Positions 9,394 to 18,174 of a DNA stretch of 64,000 bases are shown here, in pieces. The stretch is from Spirochaetota bacterium (lineage in GTDB: Bacteria; Spirochaetota; UBA4802; JAGODF01), in contig JARKUF010000016.1 in assembly GCA_029974015.1 (NCBI GenBank), positions 26,886 to 90,885 of the forward strand, given 5' to 3'. Every line of letters begins with the position of its first letter. Position 1 is the stretch's first letter. A program made the translations under genes and the position numbers. The notes under the pieces were generated by a model. It was not told the origin of the DNA. It worked only from the letters and a program-made list of their open reading frames with translations, and searched no databases.

Positions 9394-10973
9394 AGATAAT
9401 GCAGGAAATTAAAACATCGGGAAACGGTTTTACCGGGGACTACTACCGGGAACTCCTGGAAAACTTAAACGAATACATTTACTGCTTCATGTACGAAGAC
9501 GGTGTTCAGGTCTCGTCCTTCCATTCCTCCCGTTGCCGGAAGGTCACAGGGTACGATGCGGAAGAATTGGAAAAAATCCCGGATCTATGGTTTTCAATGA
9601 TACATGCAGATGACCGTAAGGAAGTGGATGCATTTCTAAGTACTTTTGGCATGGAGAAGCGGGAGGGTTCGATTGAGCACAGAATAACCCACAGGGACGG
9701 ATCGGTCCGATGGGTGTCGAATGCAGTGTCGGTGGAATTGGACGAGGGCGGTGGAATCATTCGGATGAACGGTCTCATCCATGACATAACCCGGCGCAAA
9801 TCCGTGGAAGGGGAGCTGGTGAAGCTGTACAGGGCGGTGGAGCAGAGTCCCGCGACCGTGGTGATCACTGACGTTCAGGGCGCTATCGAATATGTCAATC
9901 CCAAGTTTACGAGCCTCACAGGGTACAGCTTCGATGAGGCAATTGGCCAGAATCCGCGGGTCCTGAAATCCGGCGAACAGGGGAGGGATTTTTACGCGAA
10001 ACTCTGGAAAACGATCCTATCCGGTGAGGAGTGGCGCGGGGAGTTCCATAACAAAAAAAAGAACGGGGAGTTATACTGGGAGCAGGCATCTATTTCCCCC
10101 ATCCGGGACCGTGACGGAAAGGTGACCCATTTTGTTGCTGTGAAGGAAGACGTGACGGCGCGAAAGGCCGCCGAGGAGGCCCTCAGGGAAAGCGAAGAAA
10201 AGCTTCGCCAGCGCAATGAGGCCATGGAGAAAGACCTCAGCCTAGCGCAGTTGATCCAGAGGTCATTTCTGCCGGACAAGCCCCCGGTCCATGAAGGGCT
10301 TACGATCGATTATCGATATCTCCCTCTGGAGAAGGTGGGGGGCGATTACTTCACGTTCAAAGACAATGAAGACGGTTCCTTCGGTGTGTTTTTAGGAGAT
10401 GTGGCGGGCCATGGAGTGGCTGCTGCGCTCTTTCTTGCGTTGGTGAAATCGGTGGCGGACCGTATTTCCTCGGAATACGGAAGCGCTCCGTCCCAGTATC
10501 TCGGAGAGCTGAACAGATTGCTTGTCAAAGAAATGGTCCAGAACTTTATCACCGCGGTATATTGCCTTTTCAGGATGGAGGAAGGCCGGGTTACTCTGAC
10601 CATTGCAAACGGCGGCCATCCCTATCCGCTGATTTACAGGGCCGGAGAAAGGACCGTTGCACCCGTTAAAACTGCGGGGACGGTAATCGGTATGGTCGAA
10701 ACCGCCTTGTACAGGACTGAAACGCTGGAGTTGAGTCCAGGTGACAGAGTTTTCATATATACCGACGGCATACCTGAAACGGAAAACGACGGAAAAGAGA
10801 TCATCGGTTTCGATAAGGAACTGGAGGAACTTTTTAAACGGTCCCAGCGCGAGGACCTCGGTGAGACCCTCGACTCGATTATTGAAGAAGTGAGGCGCTT
10901 CGCAGGCGGCAATATGCTCGATGATGATATCGCTATCATTGGAGTTGAAGTGAAACCATGGGGACCTCGATGA
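9390..10973 (+). CDS. PAS/PAC sensor protein with a C-terminal PP2C-type (SpoIIE/RsbU-like) serine phosphatase domain
   Basis: Two PAS/PAC-like segments, a coiled-coil linker, and then GGDYF...LGDVAGHGVAAALF...IYTDGIPE, which is typical of PP2C/SpoIIE phosphatases. The start overlaps the dsbD stop (ATGA). Confidence 0.75.
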   Translation: MKIMQEIKTSGNGFTGDYYRELLENLNEYIYCFMYEDGVQVSSFHSSRCRKVTGYDAEELEKIPDLWFSMIHADDRKEVDAFLSTFGMEKREGSIEHRITHRDGSVRWVSNAVSVELDEGGGIIRMNGLIHDITRRKSVEGELVKLYRAVEQSPATVVITDVQGAIEYVNPKFTSLTGYSFDEAIGQNPRVLKSGEQGRDFYAKLWKTILSGEEWRGEFHNKKKNGELYWEQASISPIRDRDGKVTHFVAVKEDVTARKAAEEALRESEEKLRQRNEAMEKDLSLAQLIQRSFLPDKPPVHEGLTIDYRYLPLEKVGGDYFTFKDNEDGSFGVFLGDVAGHGVAAALFLALVKSVADRISSEYGSAPSQYLGELNRLLVKEMVQNFITAVYCLFRMEEGRVTLTIANGGHPYPLIYRAGERTVAPVKTAGTVIGMVETALYRTETLELSPGDRVFIYTDGIPETENDGKEIIGFDKELEELFKRSQREDLGETLDSIIEEVRRFAGGNMLDDDIAIIGVEVKPWGPR

Positions 10974-12763
10974 ATTACAAGGGTTTGCTGGAGAAAATGA
11001 TGGCCGTACTCGAGGGTTTCCAGACGGTCCTCATTTACATTAAGGGTTCGCCGGACCCTGACGCAATCGCCTCGTCCTTTGCCGTGAAAAAATTATGCGA
11101 CCGTCTTGGAGTGAAATCGGACATCGTGGCGTCCCAGGGGCCGTCACTTCCCCAGAACAAGGCGATGCTAAAAAAGTTCGGCATCCCGGTGAAGTATGAG
11201 AAAAAGCCCGAGAAGCTCCAGCATTATGACGCTTATGTGATTGTCGATTACCAGTCGGCCAGGGTGAAGGGCCTTCCTTTCAAAATGAAATGCGCCCTCC
11301 ACATCGACCATCACGAGGAGATTCAGGAAGATGTTGAAGTGGCCCTGAAAATTACGAACAAGAAAGCCGGATCGACGAGCACCATTATGGCCCTGGCCTT
11401 CCAGGATTCAGGGACTGTCGGATTGGGAGAGATAATGGGAGCCATTGCCACCCCACTTGTCTTCGGCATAAGGACCGATACCGACAATTATCTACACGCC
11501 GGAGACGACGATTTCCGCGCCATGACGTTCCTCTCAAAATATGCGGACCAAAAAGCGATCAATGAGATATCTGGAATAGCCTTTTCCGAGGATACACTGG
11601 CCATCCTCGAGAAGGCCATGAAAAACAGGACCATTTTCAAAGACTGGCTGATCACAGGTGTCGGTTTTATCGACGAAAAGGAACGTGACAGCATTGCCGT
11701 GATCGCCGATTTTCTCTTGAATGCCGAGGCGATAAAGACGGCGGTGGTGTATGCGGTTGTGGAGAGAAATGGAGGGAAAAACCTGGTCCTTGACGCGTCC
11801 CTCAGGACGAGGGACAAGGACCTGGACCTCGACTTTTTTATCAAACAAATTACCCAGGAAGGAGGGGGCAGGCGGTTCAAAGGGGCGTTCCAGGTGGACC
11901 TGGACTACTTCATCAACAGCCCTGACATGGACCTTCTCTGGGACCTGGTGAACCGGACGACTCTAAATGTTATCATGGTGAAGAGAAGCGAAATCCATTT
12001 CATCGAACTTAAAGGGTTCTATTACCGCATGAAGAAAAAACTAGGGTCCTTCTTTTATCGGATGGTACCGGCGCTTATTCTTGCGTCGCTCGTGGCATGG
12101 GGAGGTACGGCGTGCGGCCGGAAGTACGGCATGGGCAGGGCCGTGCGGCCCGAAGCGAAGGCGGAAGTGGAGATTCTCTCAAAACACGGTTGTGCTCTGA
12201 TGAGGTTCCGCGACTTCGACATTGCCGTACAGGAGATTGGAACTGAGGACTGGAAAAAAATTCTTGAGTTCGAAACATTCAGGAGCAAAAAAAACGTATC
12301 GCAGACGAGGCTTCCCCGGTTGCTTTTTTTCCACGTTGTCGTCGCGAATGTGGGAAAGAAGCCTGTTTCCCTTGGAGATATTATGCTTATGTTCGGGGAA
12401 ACGGTGAAAAAACCACTATCAGTCGCGGAAGCGGAGGAGCGGTGCAAATCCCCGGTCTATGCGGCCATCGATTACAAGAGGCTCCTGGGGGTCCGACGGT
12501 ATCTTGGGGAAGCTTGGTGCTTTAGGGAAATCAACTACGAACATGAAGTGATCGATTATCATTTTACTGCTATTGCTCCGGGTGATTCCATTATCCGCAT
12601 CGTAGCATTCGATTGGGTGCCTGTCCAGGAGAGGGAGATGCAACTCCTTTCGATGATAAAAGTTGAAAATGGGGAGGAAAAAGCAGCGCGTTTTCATTTT
12701 AAAAGGCTTGAATTTAGAACGAAGGGAAAATATTTCGTGAATACGCATAAAACAGAGAAGTAG
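10958..12763 (+). CDS. DHH-family phosphoesterase (NrnA-like DHH + DHHA1) continuing in-frame into a ~244-aa C-terminal region of unknown function
   Basis: DHH motif (ALHIDHHEE) and a GGGH-like DHHA1 region (QEGGGRRFKGAF). No stop codon before an internal ATG at 12029, which is followed by a signal-peptide/lipoprotein-like segment (MKKKLGSFFYRMVPALILASLVAWGGTAC). Confidence 0.55.
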   Translation: MGTSMNYKGLLEKMMAVLEGFQTVLIYIKGSPDPDAIASSFAVKKLCDRLGVKSDIVASQGPSLPQNKAMLKKFGIPVKYEKKPEKLQHYDAYVIVDYQSARVKGLPFKMKCALHIDHHEEIQEDVEVALKITNKKAGSTSTIMALAFQDSGTVGLGEIMGAIATPLVFGIRTDTDNYLHAGDDDFRAMTFLSKYADQKAINEISGIAFSEDTLAILEKAMKNRTIFKDWLITGVGFIDEKERDSIAVIADFLLNAEAIKTAVVYAVVERNGGKNLVLDASLRTRDKDLDLDFFIKQITQEGGGRRFKGAFQVDLDYFINSPDMDLLWDLVNRTTLNVIMVKRSEIHFIELKGFYYRMKKKLGSFFYRMVPALILASLVAWGGTACGRKYGMGRAVRPEAKAEVEILSKHGCALMRFRDFDIAVQEIGTEDWKKILEFETFRSKKNVSQTRLPRLLFFHVVVANVGKKPVSLGDIMLMFGETVKKPLSVAEAEERCKSPVYAAIDYKRLLGVRRYLGEAWCFREINYEHEVIDYHFTAIAPGDSIIRIVAFDWVPVQEREMQLLSMIKVENGEEKAARFHFKRLEFRTKGKYFVNTHKTEK

Positions 12764-12776
12764 CGGCGAGGTAGCG

Positions 12777-13070
12777 ATGAAGATGGAAAGGGACGCGATA
12801 ACGAGGCTTGCCGAAATCGCGAAACTTGAACTTTCCAGCGAGGAAAAGGTTGAGTTTTCCAGCCAACTTTCCGGAATAGTGGATTATTTGGGAATAATCA
12901 ACGAGCTCGATACTTCAGGGGTGGAACCTGCCGGGCATATTCTGGAATTGAAAAACGTACTGCGCCCGGATTTTGTCACCGATTCGCTCCCAGTGGAAAA
13001 AATCAGGAGCTTTTCACCGGAGTTCGAAGATGGACATGTGGTGGTCCCCCTCATCATAGAGGATTATTGA
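12777..13070 (+). CDS. gatC: Asp-tRNA(Asn)/Glu-tRNA(Gln) amidotransferase subunit C
   Basis: 97 aa. N-terminal ...ITRLAEIAKLELSSEEKVEFSSQLSGIVDYL... is typical of GatC. Confidence 0.65.
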   Translation: MKMERDAITRLAEIAKLELSSEEKVEFSSQLSGIVDYLGIINELDTSGVEPAGHILELKNVLRPDFVTDSLPVEKIRSFSPEFEDGHVVVPLIIEDY

Positions 13071-13130
13071 GCGTAGGTAAATCCTATTGGGATTCCCCAA
13101 AGAGAATTATTCAAAGCGGTAATAGCGATA

Positions 13131-13712
13131 ATGAGGCTTTTCATCGCCCTGGAAATCGAGAGAAGCGTCCTCCAAGGGCTAACTCCGGTTTTCGACATGC
13201 TTTCACGGCACCCTCTCTTTTTAAAGGCCGTGCCAATTGATAATTGTCATGTAACGCTCAAATTCTTCGGTGAGTGCAGGGCCGGGCCTTCTTCCGATAT
13301 TGTACGCGAATTCACCTCTATCAAACTTCCGGAGGGACCAATTCCTTACCGGCTTCGGGGGCTTGGTGCTTACCCAAATCTTGCCCGGGCCTCGGTTCTA
13401 TGGTGCGGCGTCGAAACGGACGGAAATGCCCTGAGGGACCTCAACGAGGCAGTGGAATTATTCGCCGGCAGATTCGGCTTTCCCAGGGAAACGAGAAGCT
13501 TTAAGCCCCACCTGACCCTCGCCAGAGTACGAAAGGGCATGAAGCTGACGTCCCAGGTGGCTGGATATTTCAGAGATAGCCAAGAAAAGGAATTTGCTTT
13601 ATCATCATTTACCCGCCTTTCGCTTTTCTCATCTTCTCTTACGTCTCGGGGGCCCATATATCAGGTTCTGGCGCAATCATCACTAATATTTCACCTCACG
13701 CCGGAAATGTAA
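13131..13712 (+). CDS. thpR: RNA 2',3'-cyclic phosphodiesterase (LigT/ThpR, 2H phosphoesterase)
   Basis: Two H-x-T/S-x motifs (CHVTLKF and PHLTLAR) with the spacing expected for the 2H superfamily. Confidence 0.7.
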   Translation: MRLFIALEIERSVLQGLTPVFDMLSRHPLFLKAVPIDNCHVTLKFFGECRAGPSSDIVREFTSIKLPEGPIPYRLRGLGAYPNLARASVLWCGVETDGNALRDLNEAVELFAGRFGFPRETRSFKPHLTLARVRKGMKLTSQVAGYFRDSQEKEFALSSFTRLSLFSSSLTSRGPIYQVLAQSSLIFHLTPEM

Positions 13713-13735
13713 TGATTAGGGTTTGTCTAAGAATG

Positions 13736-13762
13736 AAAAACCCGCTCTTTCGAGCGGGTTTG
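13736..13762 (-). terminator. Rho-independent terminator for flaB (a hairpin shared with the convergent thpR)
   Basis: AAACCCGCTC-TTTC-GAGCGGGTTT. On the minus strand the stem is followed by TTTTTCATTC. Confidence 0.7.
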
Positions 13763-13806
13763 CGGTTGGACCACGGTATTCCCTACTAAACTGATAAAGT
13801 ATCTTT

Positions 13807-14658
13807 TTAGGTGCCGAGAAGCTGTAAAATCGTCCTCGACTTCATGTTCGCCTGAGCCAGCATTGCAGTACCACTCTGCGTCAGAATCTGGTCTTTGGTC
13901 AGATCAACGAGAGTTTCGGCCATATCAGCGTCCCTTATGCGGCTTTCAGAAGCCTGGAGGTTCTCGTAGGCGTTCATAAGTCCGCGGGCTGCGTGTTCAA
14001 GCCTGTTGTAGTAAGCACCAAGGTCCGCTCTTTGCTTGCTGATCTTGTGCAGCGCGTCGTCAACGATCCCTATGGACCTATTGGACAGTTCCGCGGTGCT
14101 GAGATTGGCAAGGAACCTGCCAGTCCTTTCCTTGAGGCCAAGCCCCAGTGAAGTCATCGTCTGGATGTATACGCGCTCCCTCTGGTGCATGTTGGGCCCC
14201 ATATGGAACCACATACTTGCGGTAGCGTTGGTCCTTGCAAAGTCGCCGAGGAGGAGCCTGAATTTGTTAAACTCCGCCTGGGAGGCGATGCGGTCAACTT
14301 CGTCGATCAGAGCTGATACTTCCACCTGAATGAGCTGTCTGTCACCCTGGGTGTATATCCCGTTCGACGACTGCACCGCGAGAACCCTGATTCTCTGCAG
14401 AATGGCCGCGGTCTGGTTGAGATATCCTTCGGCCGTCTGCACGAAAGACATGCCGTCTTCCGTATTCCTTTCCGCCTGCCTGAGGCCTTGAATCTGGGCC
14501 CTCATTTTTTCGGAAACGGCCAGTCCTGAAGCGTCGTCACCGGCGCGGTTGATCCGCATACCCGATGCAAGCTGCTCCATTGACCGGTTTACGTCCCAGT
14601 GCTTGAACTTGAGCGCTCTGTTTGCGTTTATAGCGCTCATGTTGTGGTTGATAATCAT
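13807..14658 (-). CDS. flaB: Flagellin (spirochete core filament protein FlaB)
   Basis: [18 protein letters not shown]... and the C-terminal ...[27 protein letters not shown] are conserved flagellin N- and C-terminal domains. The closest resemblance is to Leptospiraceae FlaB. Confidence 0.9.
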   Translation of the reverse strand: MIINHNMSAINANRALKFKHWDVNRSMEQLASGMRINRAGDDASGLAVSEKMRAQIQGLRQAERNTEDGMSFVQTAEGYLNQTAAILQRIRVLAVQSSNGIYTQGDRQLIQVEVSALIDEVDRIASQAEFNKFRLLLGDFARTNATASMWFHMGPNMHQRERVYIQTMTSLGLGLKERTGRFLANLSTAELSNRSIGIVDDALHKISKQRADLGAYYNRLEHAARGLMNAYENLQASESRIRDADMAETLVDLTKDQILTQSGTAMLAQANMKSRTILQLLGT

Positions 14659-14679
14659 GGTTAAACACTCCTTTGTTTG

Positions 14680-14711
14680 TTTACGCCTGATCTCCCTATC
14701 AGGCTTTAATA
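14680..14711 (-). promoter_or_regulatory. Possible sigma-28 (FliA)-type promoter for flaB
   Basis: The minus strand reads TAAAG-N16-GGCGTAAA about 25-55 nt upstream of the flaB ATG, a partial match to TAAA-N15-GCCGATAA. An AAAGGAG RBS precedes the ATG. Confidence 0.25.
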
Positions 14712-15070
14712 CCAGGTTGCGCTTTTTATTTCAGGGAATACCCTTGAAATGCTGCAACCGTTCATTCCCGCACATATCACGCCGGATAGAATGGTTCCAG
14801 CATCGTTTGATAAAGTTTTCAAAGATCCTTTCGCGAGTCCTTCGTTTCGCTCGGGTCTCGGCCCTTACGATGAAATTATCGTATAAATATTATGCGAAAT
14901 TAAAGGTGAATATCAGTAATAATCCATGTTTTAAGTCGTTTATTGATGGTAATGGTTCTTTTTCGGCATGATTTAGCTATTTTTCAGAATTTTTTGCAAA
15001 TTTGTCCTTAATCTTTATTTCGGCATATGAAATTTTTCCATGAGGAGTTTTTTTTAAAAAATCCATCAAA

Positions 15071-15126
15071 CTCTGGACTTATGTTTTCATGCCGTCTAAG
15101 GCGGGCGGGAAAACATAAGTCCAGAG
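15071..15126. repeat. Hairpin-module variant of the repeat family, with alternative 18-bp perfect inverted arms
   Basis: CTCTGGACTTATGTTTTC...GGCGGGCGGGAAAACATAAGTCCAGAG. It shares the GCGGGCGGGAAAA core with the other copies. Confidence 0.55.
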
Positions 15127-15253
15127 AAATTGTCCGTGAATGCGTTTTTTTAAACTGTGTTGTACTCAAAAGGTCTCTCGGTGAGAAATTTTCTTGACTA
15201 TGACGTTTCCAGACAGGTTCCTAAGGTAATCGTTTTCAAGGACGCACAGTGTA

Positions 15254-16462
15254 ATGGCAAGGTCTAATATAAAAACCCGGGCAGCGGGATTGCACCTGCT
15301 CAAGCTTGCGCTTATCGCCGTTCTCCTTTCCGCAATGCCCCTCCCGGGAAAAGCCGGGAATTCAGTGAAAGTTGTTTTTTGGAATTCCCGGGAATACGTT
15401 TCGCTTTACGACTTTATCAATACGACAAACATCGACAACTCCTTCGATATCATCACCCAGAGGGGAAAATTATATCGTAAAGCGGCCATAGCGGTTTACC
15501 AGGTCGGTTTTCCTGTCGCTCTGGTGAACGGGAAGGTCGCCAGGGCGGATTATCCCGTGGCCAGGAATAAGGGTGAGGTTTTAATGCCCCTTCCTTTATT
15601 TTTCCCGCTTGCGCGTTCCCTCTACCATGATATGCAGGTGGTTCGGACAGGGAACACCATATCCATCGGCGCCGAACAACAGGAGAAGGAGCAGGAGATA
15701 GCGCAGCAGGAAAGGCCCCCCTCCACAGGGACGGAAGAAAGAATATCTTTCATTATCATTGATCCGGGGCACGGAGGCCGGGACCCCGGGGCCATCGGCC
15801 ACGGTTCCCGGGAAAAGGACATCACTCTGTGGATAGCGCGGTATCTTGCCAGAGAGCTGAAGGAGAAGGCTGGAAATGTGCGGATAAAGTTCACCCGCTC
15901 AAATGACCGATTTGTGGAACTTTCGAGGCGTACGGAGATCGCCAATGGCATGCTGACGGGCTCCGGGAACGGGATCTTTATCAGCATTCATGCCAATGCA
16001 TCTTTGTCGCCGAAAATCTCGGGATATGAAACATATTTTTTGTCCCCAAATCCGACAAATGAAGAGGCTCGGACAACGGCGACGATTGAAAACAATGTCA
16101 TTGTCATGGAGAACACGGCTTCGAAGAAAAAATACGATGATGTGGAATATTTAGAGGCCCTCATGCTGACCACCCAGATACAGAGGGAGAGCTCCACCTT
16201 AGCAGGGGAGATACAGAAAAGCCTTGCGAGGGAAGTGAAGGAGTTCAAGTCCCGGGGAGTGAAAAAAGCCGATTTTTATGTACTCAGGGGGGCCCTCATG
16301 CCCGCCGTACTGGTAGAGGTGGGATATATTTCCAATTCCAAGGAGTCTCGTTATCTTAAGAAAGACGCTTACCGGCGAAAACTGGCCCGCGGAATAGCCA
16401 GGGGGGTGATAGGGTTCATCACCAGGTATAATGACGGGATACATGATCTTTCAAAACCTTAA
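15254..16462 (+). CDS. N-acetylmuramoyl-L-alanine amidase (Amidase_3, AmiC-like) with an N-terminal AMIN-like region
   Basis: Signal peptide. IIIDPGHGGRDPGAIGHGSREKDITL and later His/Glu residues match the Zn-amidase catalytic core. Confidence 0.8.
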   Translation: MARSNIKTRAAGLHLLKLALIAVLLSAMPLPGKAGNSVKVVFWNSREYVSLYDFINTTNIDNSFDIITQRGKLYRKAAIAVYQVGFPVALVNGKVARADYPVARNKGEVLMPLPLFFPLARSLYHDMQVVRTGNTISIGAEQQEKEQEIAQQERPPSTGTEERISFIIIDPGHGGRDPGAIGHGSREKDITLWIARYLARELKEKAGNVRIKFTRSNDRFVELSRRTEIANGMLTGSGNGIFISIHANASLSPKISGYETYFLSPNPTNEEARTTATIENNVIVMENTASKKKYDDVEYLEALMLTTQIQRESSTLAGEIQKSLAREVKEFKSRGVKKADFYVLRGALMPAVLVEVGYISNSKESRYLKKDAYRRKLARGIARGVIGFITRYNDGIHDLSKP

Positions 16463-16586
16463 ACCGGGGTGGCGGCAGAACTCGGGCGGTAAAAAACAGA
16501 TATGTAGCTAAAAAATAAGTGACAGTTGGAGGCTCTCTTTATATGGTGCGGAACGATATTATTTAGATCAAAATGGCAAAATAAGC

Positions 16587-16632
16587 AATTATGTTTTCCC
16601 GCCCGCCTTAGGAGGGAGTGAAAACATAAATT
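16587..16632. repeat. Hairpin-only copy of the repeat family
   Basis: AATTATGTTTTCCCGCCCGCCTTAGGAGGGAGTGAAAACATAAATT. The ATGTTTTC/GAAAACAT arms are the same as in the copy at 15071. Confidence 0.5.
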
Positions 16633-16646
16633 TTCAAGGTAGCCTT

Positions 16647-17210
16647 ATGAAACTCATCAAGTGGTTAAATGCGAAAGCGGCCGGATATGCAGAAAGGTAC
16701 CGAGGGCTTGACAGGATTGGAAGGACCCGCTTCCTTGTTCTTCTGATTTCACTCATGCTCATCGCCGATTACCTGATGTTCTGCTTTCATACTGATAAAA
16801 ATATTTTTAATATTTTTCCGGCCCTGCCAAGACTCGATTTCCAAAGCGATATTGTAATTCATGTTCCTGATCTGGACGCGAAAACCATTCTCAGGGAAGG
16901 GCGCAGGGTCCTCGTCCCTGAGAAAAAGGAAAATTACGCCGCCCTTATCTATAAGATGGTGGTGAAGGGATCAAAGTTTGAGAATACGGCGCACATCGTT
17001 CCGGTGATTACCTATGTCCGCAATATATGGGTGAGCGGGGACAATTGCGTCATTGACGTGGACTACGAAGCGGGTAAAGAGAGGATTGAAGCTGTACAGG
17101 GTTCCGACGATGCATTCAGTCTGTCCCTGGAAAAATCGATCATGGATAATATTCCGGGGATAAAAAAAGTCCACCTTCTCCTCAACGGATTTCCCCGAAA
17201 GCTGTGGTAG
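16647..17210 (+). CDS. Membrane-anchored GerMN-domain-like protein
   Basis: N-terminal transmembrane helix. The C-terminal region (...IPGIKKVHLLLNG...) resembles GerMN/LpqB-like domains. Weak assignment. Confidence 0.35.
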   Translation: MKLIKWLNAKAAGYAERYRGLDRIGRTRFLVLLISLMLIADYLMFCFHTDKNIFNIFPALPRLDFQSDIVIHVPDLDAKTILREGRRVLVPEKKENYAALIYKMVVKGSKFENTAHIVPVITYVRNIWVSGDNCVIDVDYEAGKERIEAVQGSDDAFSLSLEKSIMDNIPGIKKVHLLLNGFPRKLW

Positions 17211-17267
17211 CTTCGCTTTTCTTCTCCCCATCTGAGTCCCGTCCATTACATCTTTCAGAGTGTTTGC

Positions 17268-18080
17268 ATGGATTCTATCCTGTCTCCTGATGATTTTGGC
17301 TTTATGGTAAAGCTCCTGGGCGCAGCCGGGGGTATGGGCATGTCTATTCAAGAGGGAGGCGCAGCAGTGCGCCGCAAGGATGACAATTCCATAGTGACCC
17401 AGGCCGATATAGAAATCCAGGAGTTCCTCATCCGGGAGCTTTCCTGCAGGTTCCCCACCATGAAATTTATCCACGAGGAGGACCGGGAAGAGAGCTTTGG
17501 AGAAGTGGATGAAACGACGTTGCTTGCGGTCATAGACCCCATCGACGGGACCGCCGTTTTTTCCATGGGTTTGCCTACCTGGAGCGTGTCCGTCGGCATA
17601 TTTAAAGGATTCACCCCCCTCTATGGATTCGTCTATAGTCCAGGGTGCCGCATGATGTTCCATAACGATGACAAAGCGGCCTATTTAAACGGCGTTCCCG
17701 TGAGAGTGGACCGGGACATGCCCGTGGAGGCGGAAACCAATATTTTCGTAACAGCAGAATTATTCAAAAATTACACGCTGACTTTTCCCGGCAAGGTGCG
17801 CAATCTCGGTTCAACGGCCCTCCATGGCTGCCTTGTTGCGGACAATGTTAGGAACAGGACCCTGGCTTTCATCGGCAGATCTTACCTGTGGGACTGGGGG
17901 GGCCTTATGCCCATAGTCCTGAAGGCCGGGGGCTCTCTGAGATACATGAGCGGAAAAGAGCCCGACATAAGGGAAATTATCGCAAATTCATTCCTTCTAA
18001 CGGAATATTGTATTGCCTATTCTTCGGCAAAATTTGATTATATCACGGATTTGTTCGGAAGCTTAGGGCGTACAAAATGA
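17268..18080 (+). CDS. Inositol monophosphatase / CysQ-family phosphatase
   Basis: Metal-binding motifs VIDPIDGT and WDWGG are characteristic of the IMPase fold. Confidence 0.7.
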   Translation: MDSILSPDDFGFMVKLLGAAGGMGMSIQEGGAAVRRKDDNSIVTQADIEIQEFLIRELSCRFPTMKFIHEEDREESFGEVDETTLLAVIDPIDGTAVFSMGLPTWSVSVGIFKGFTPLYGFVYSPGCRMMFHNDDKAAYLNGVPVRVDRDMPVEAETNIFVTAELFKNYTLTFPGKVRNLGSTALHGCLVADNVRNRTLAFIGRSYLWDWGGLMPIVLKAGGSLRYMSGKEPDIREIIANSFLLTEYCIAYSSAKFDYITDLFGSLGRTK

Positions 18081-18174
18081 CGCGGTTCCGGGCACATCAT
18101 ATTTTACCAACTGCGAAAACCGAATAGGGGTTGACGGCAGTTAGTTAGTAATCGGGTAAGGTGCATAATCGATT

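Noticed and set aside
12029-12763. Calling the C-terminal module of the DHH ORF as a separate lipoprotein gene
   Set aside because: There is no stop codon between it and the DHH domain. Without comparative or read-level evidence it is reported as an in-frame fusion, with the internal start flagged as a finding.
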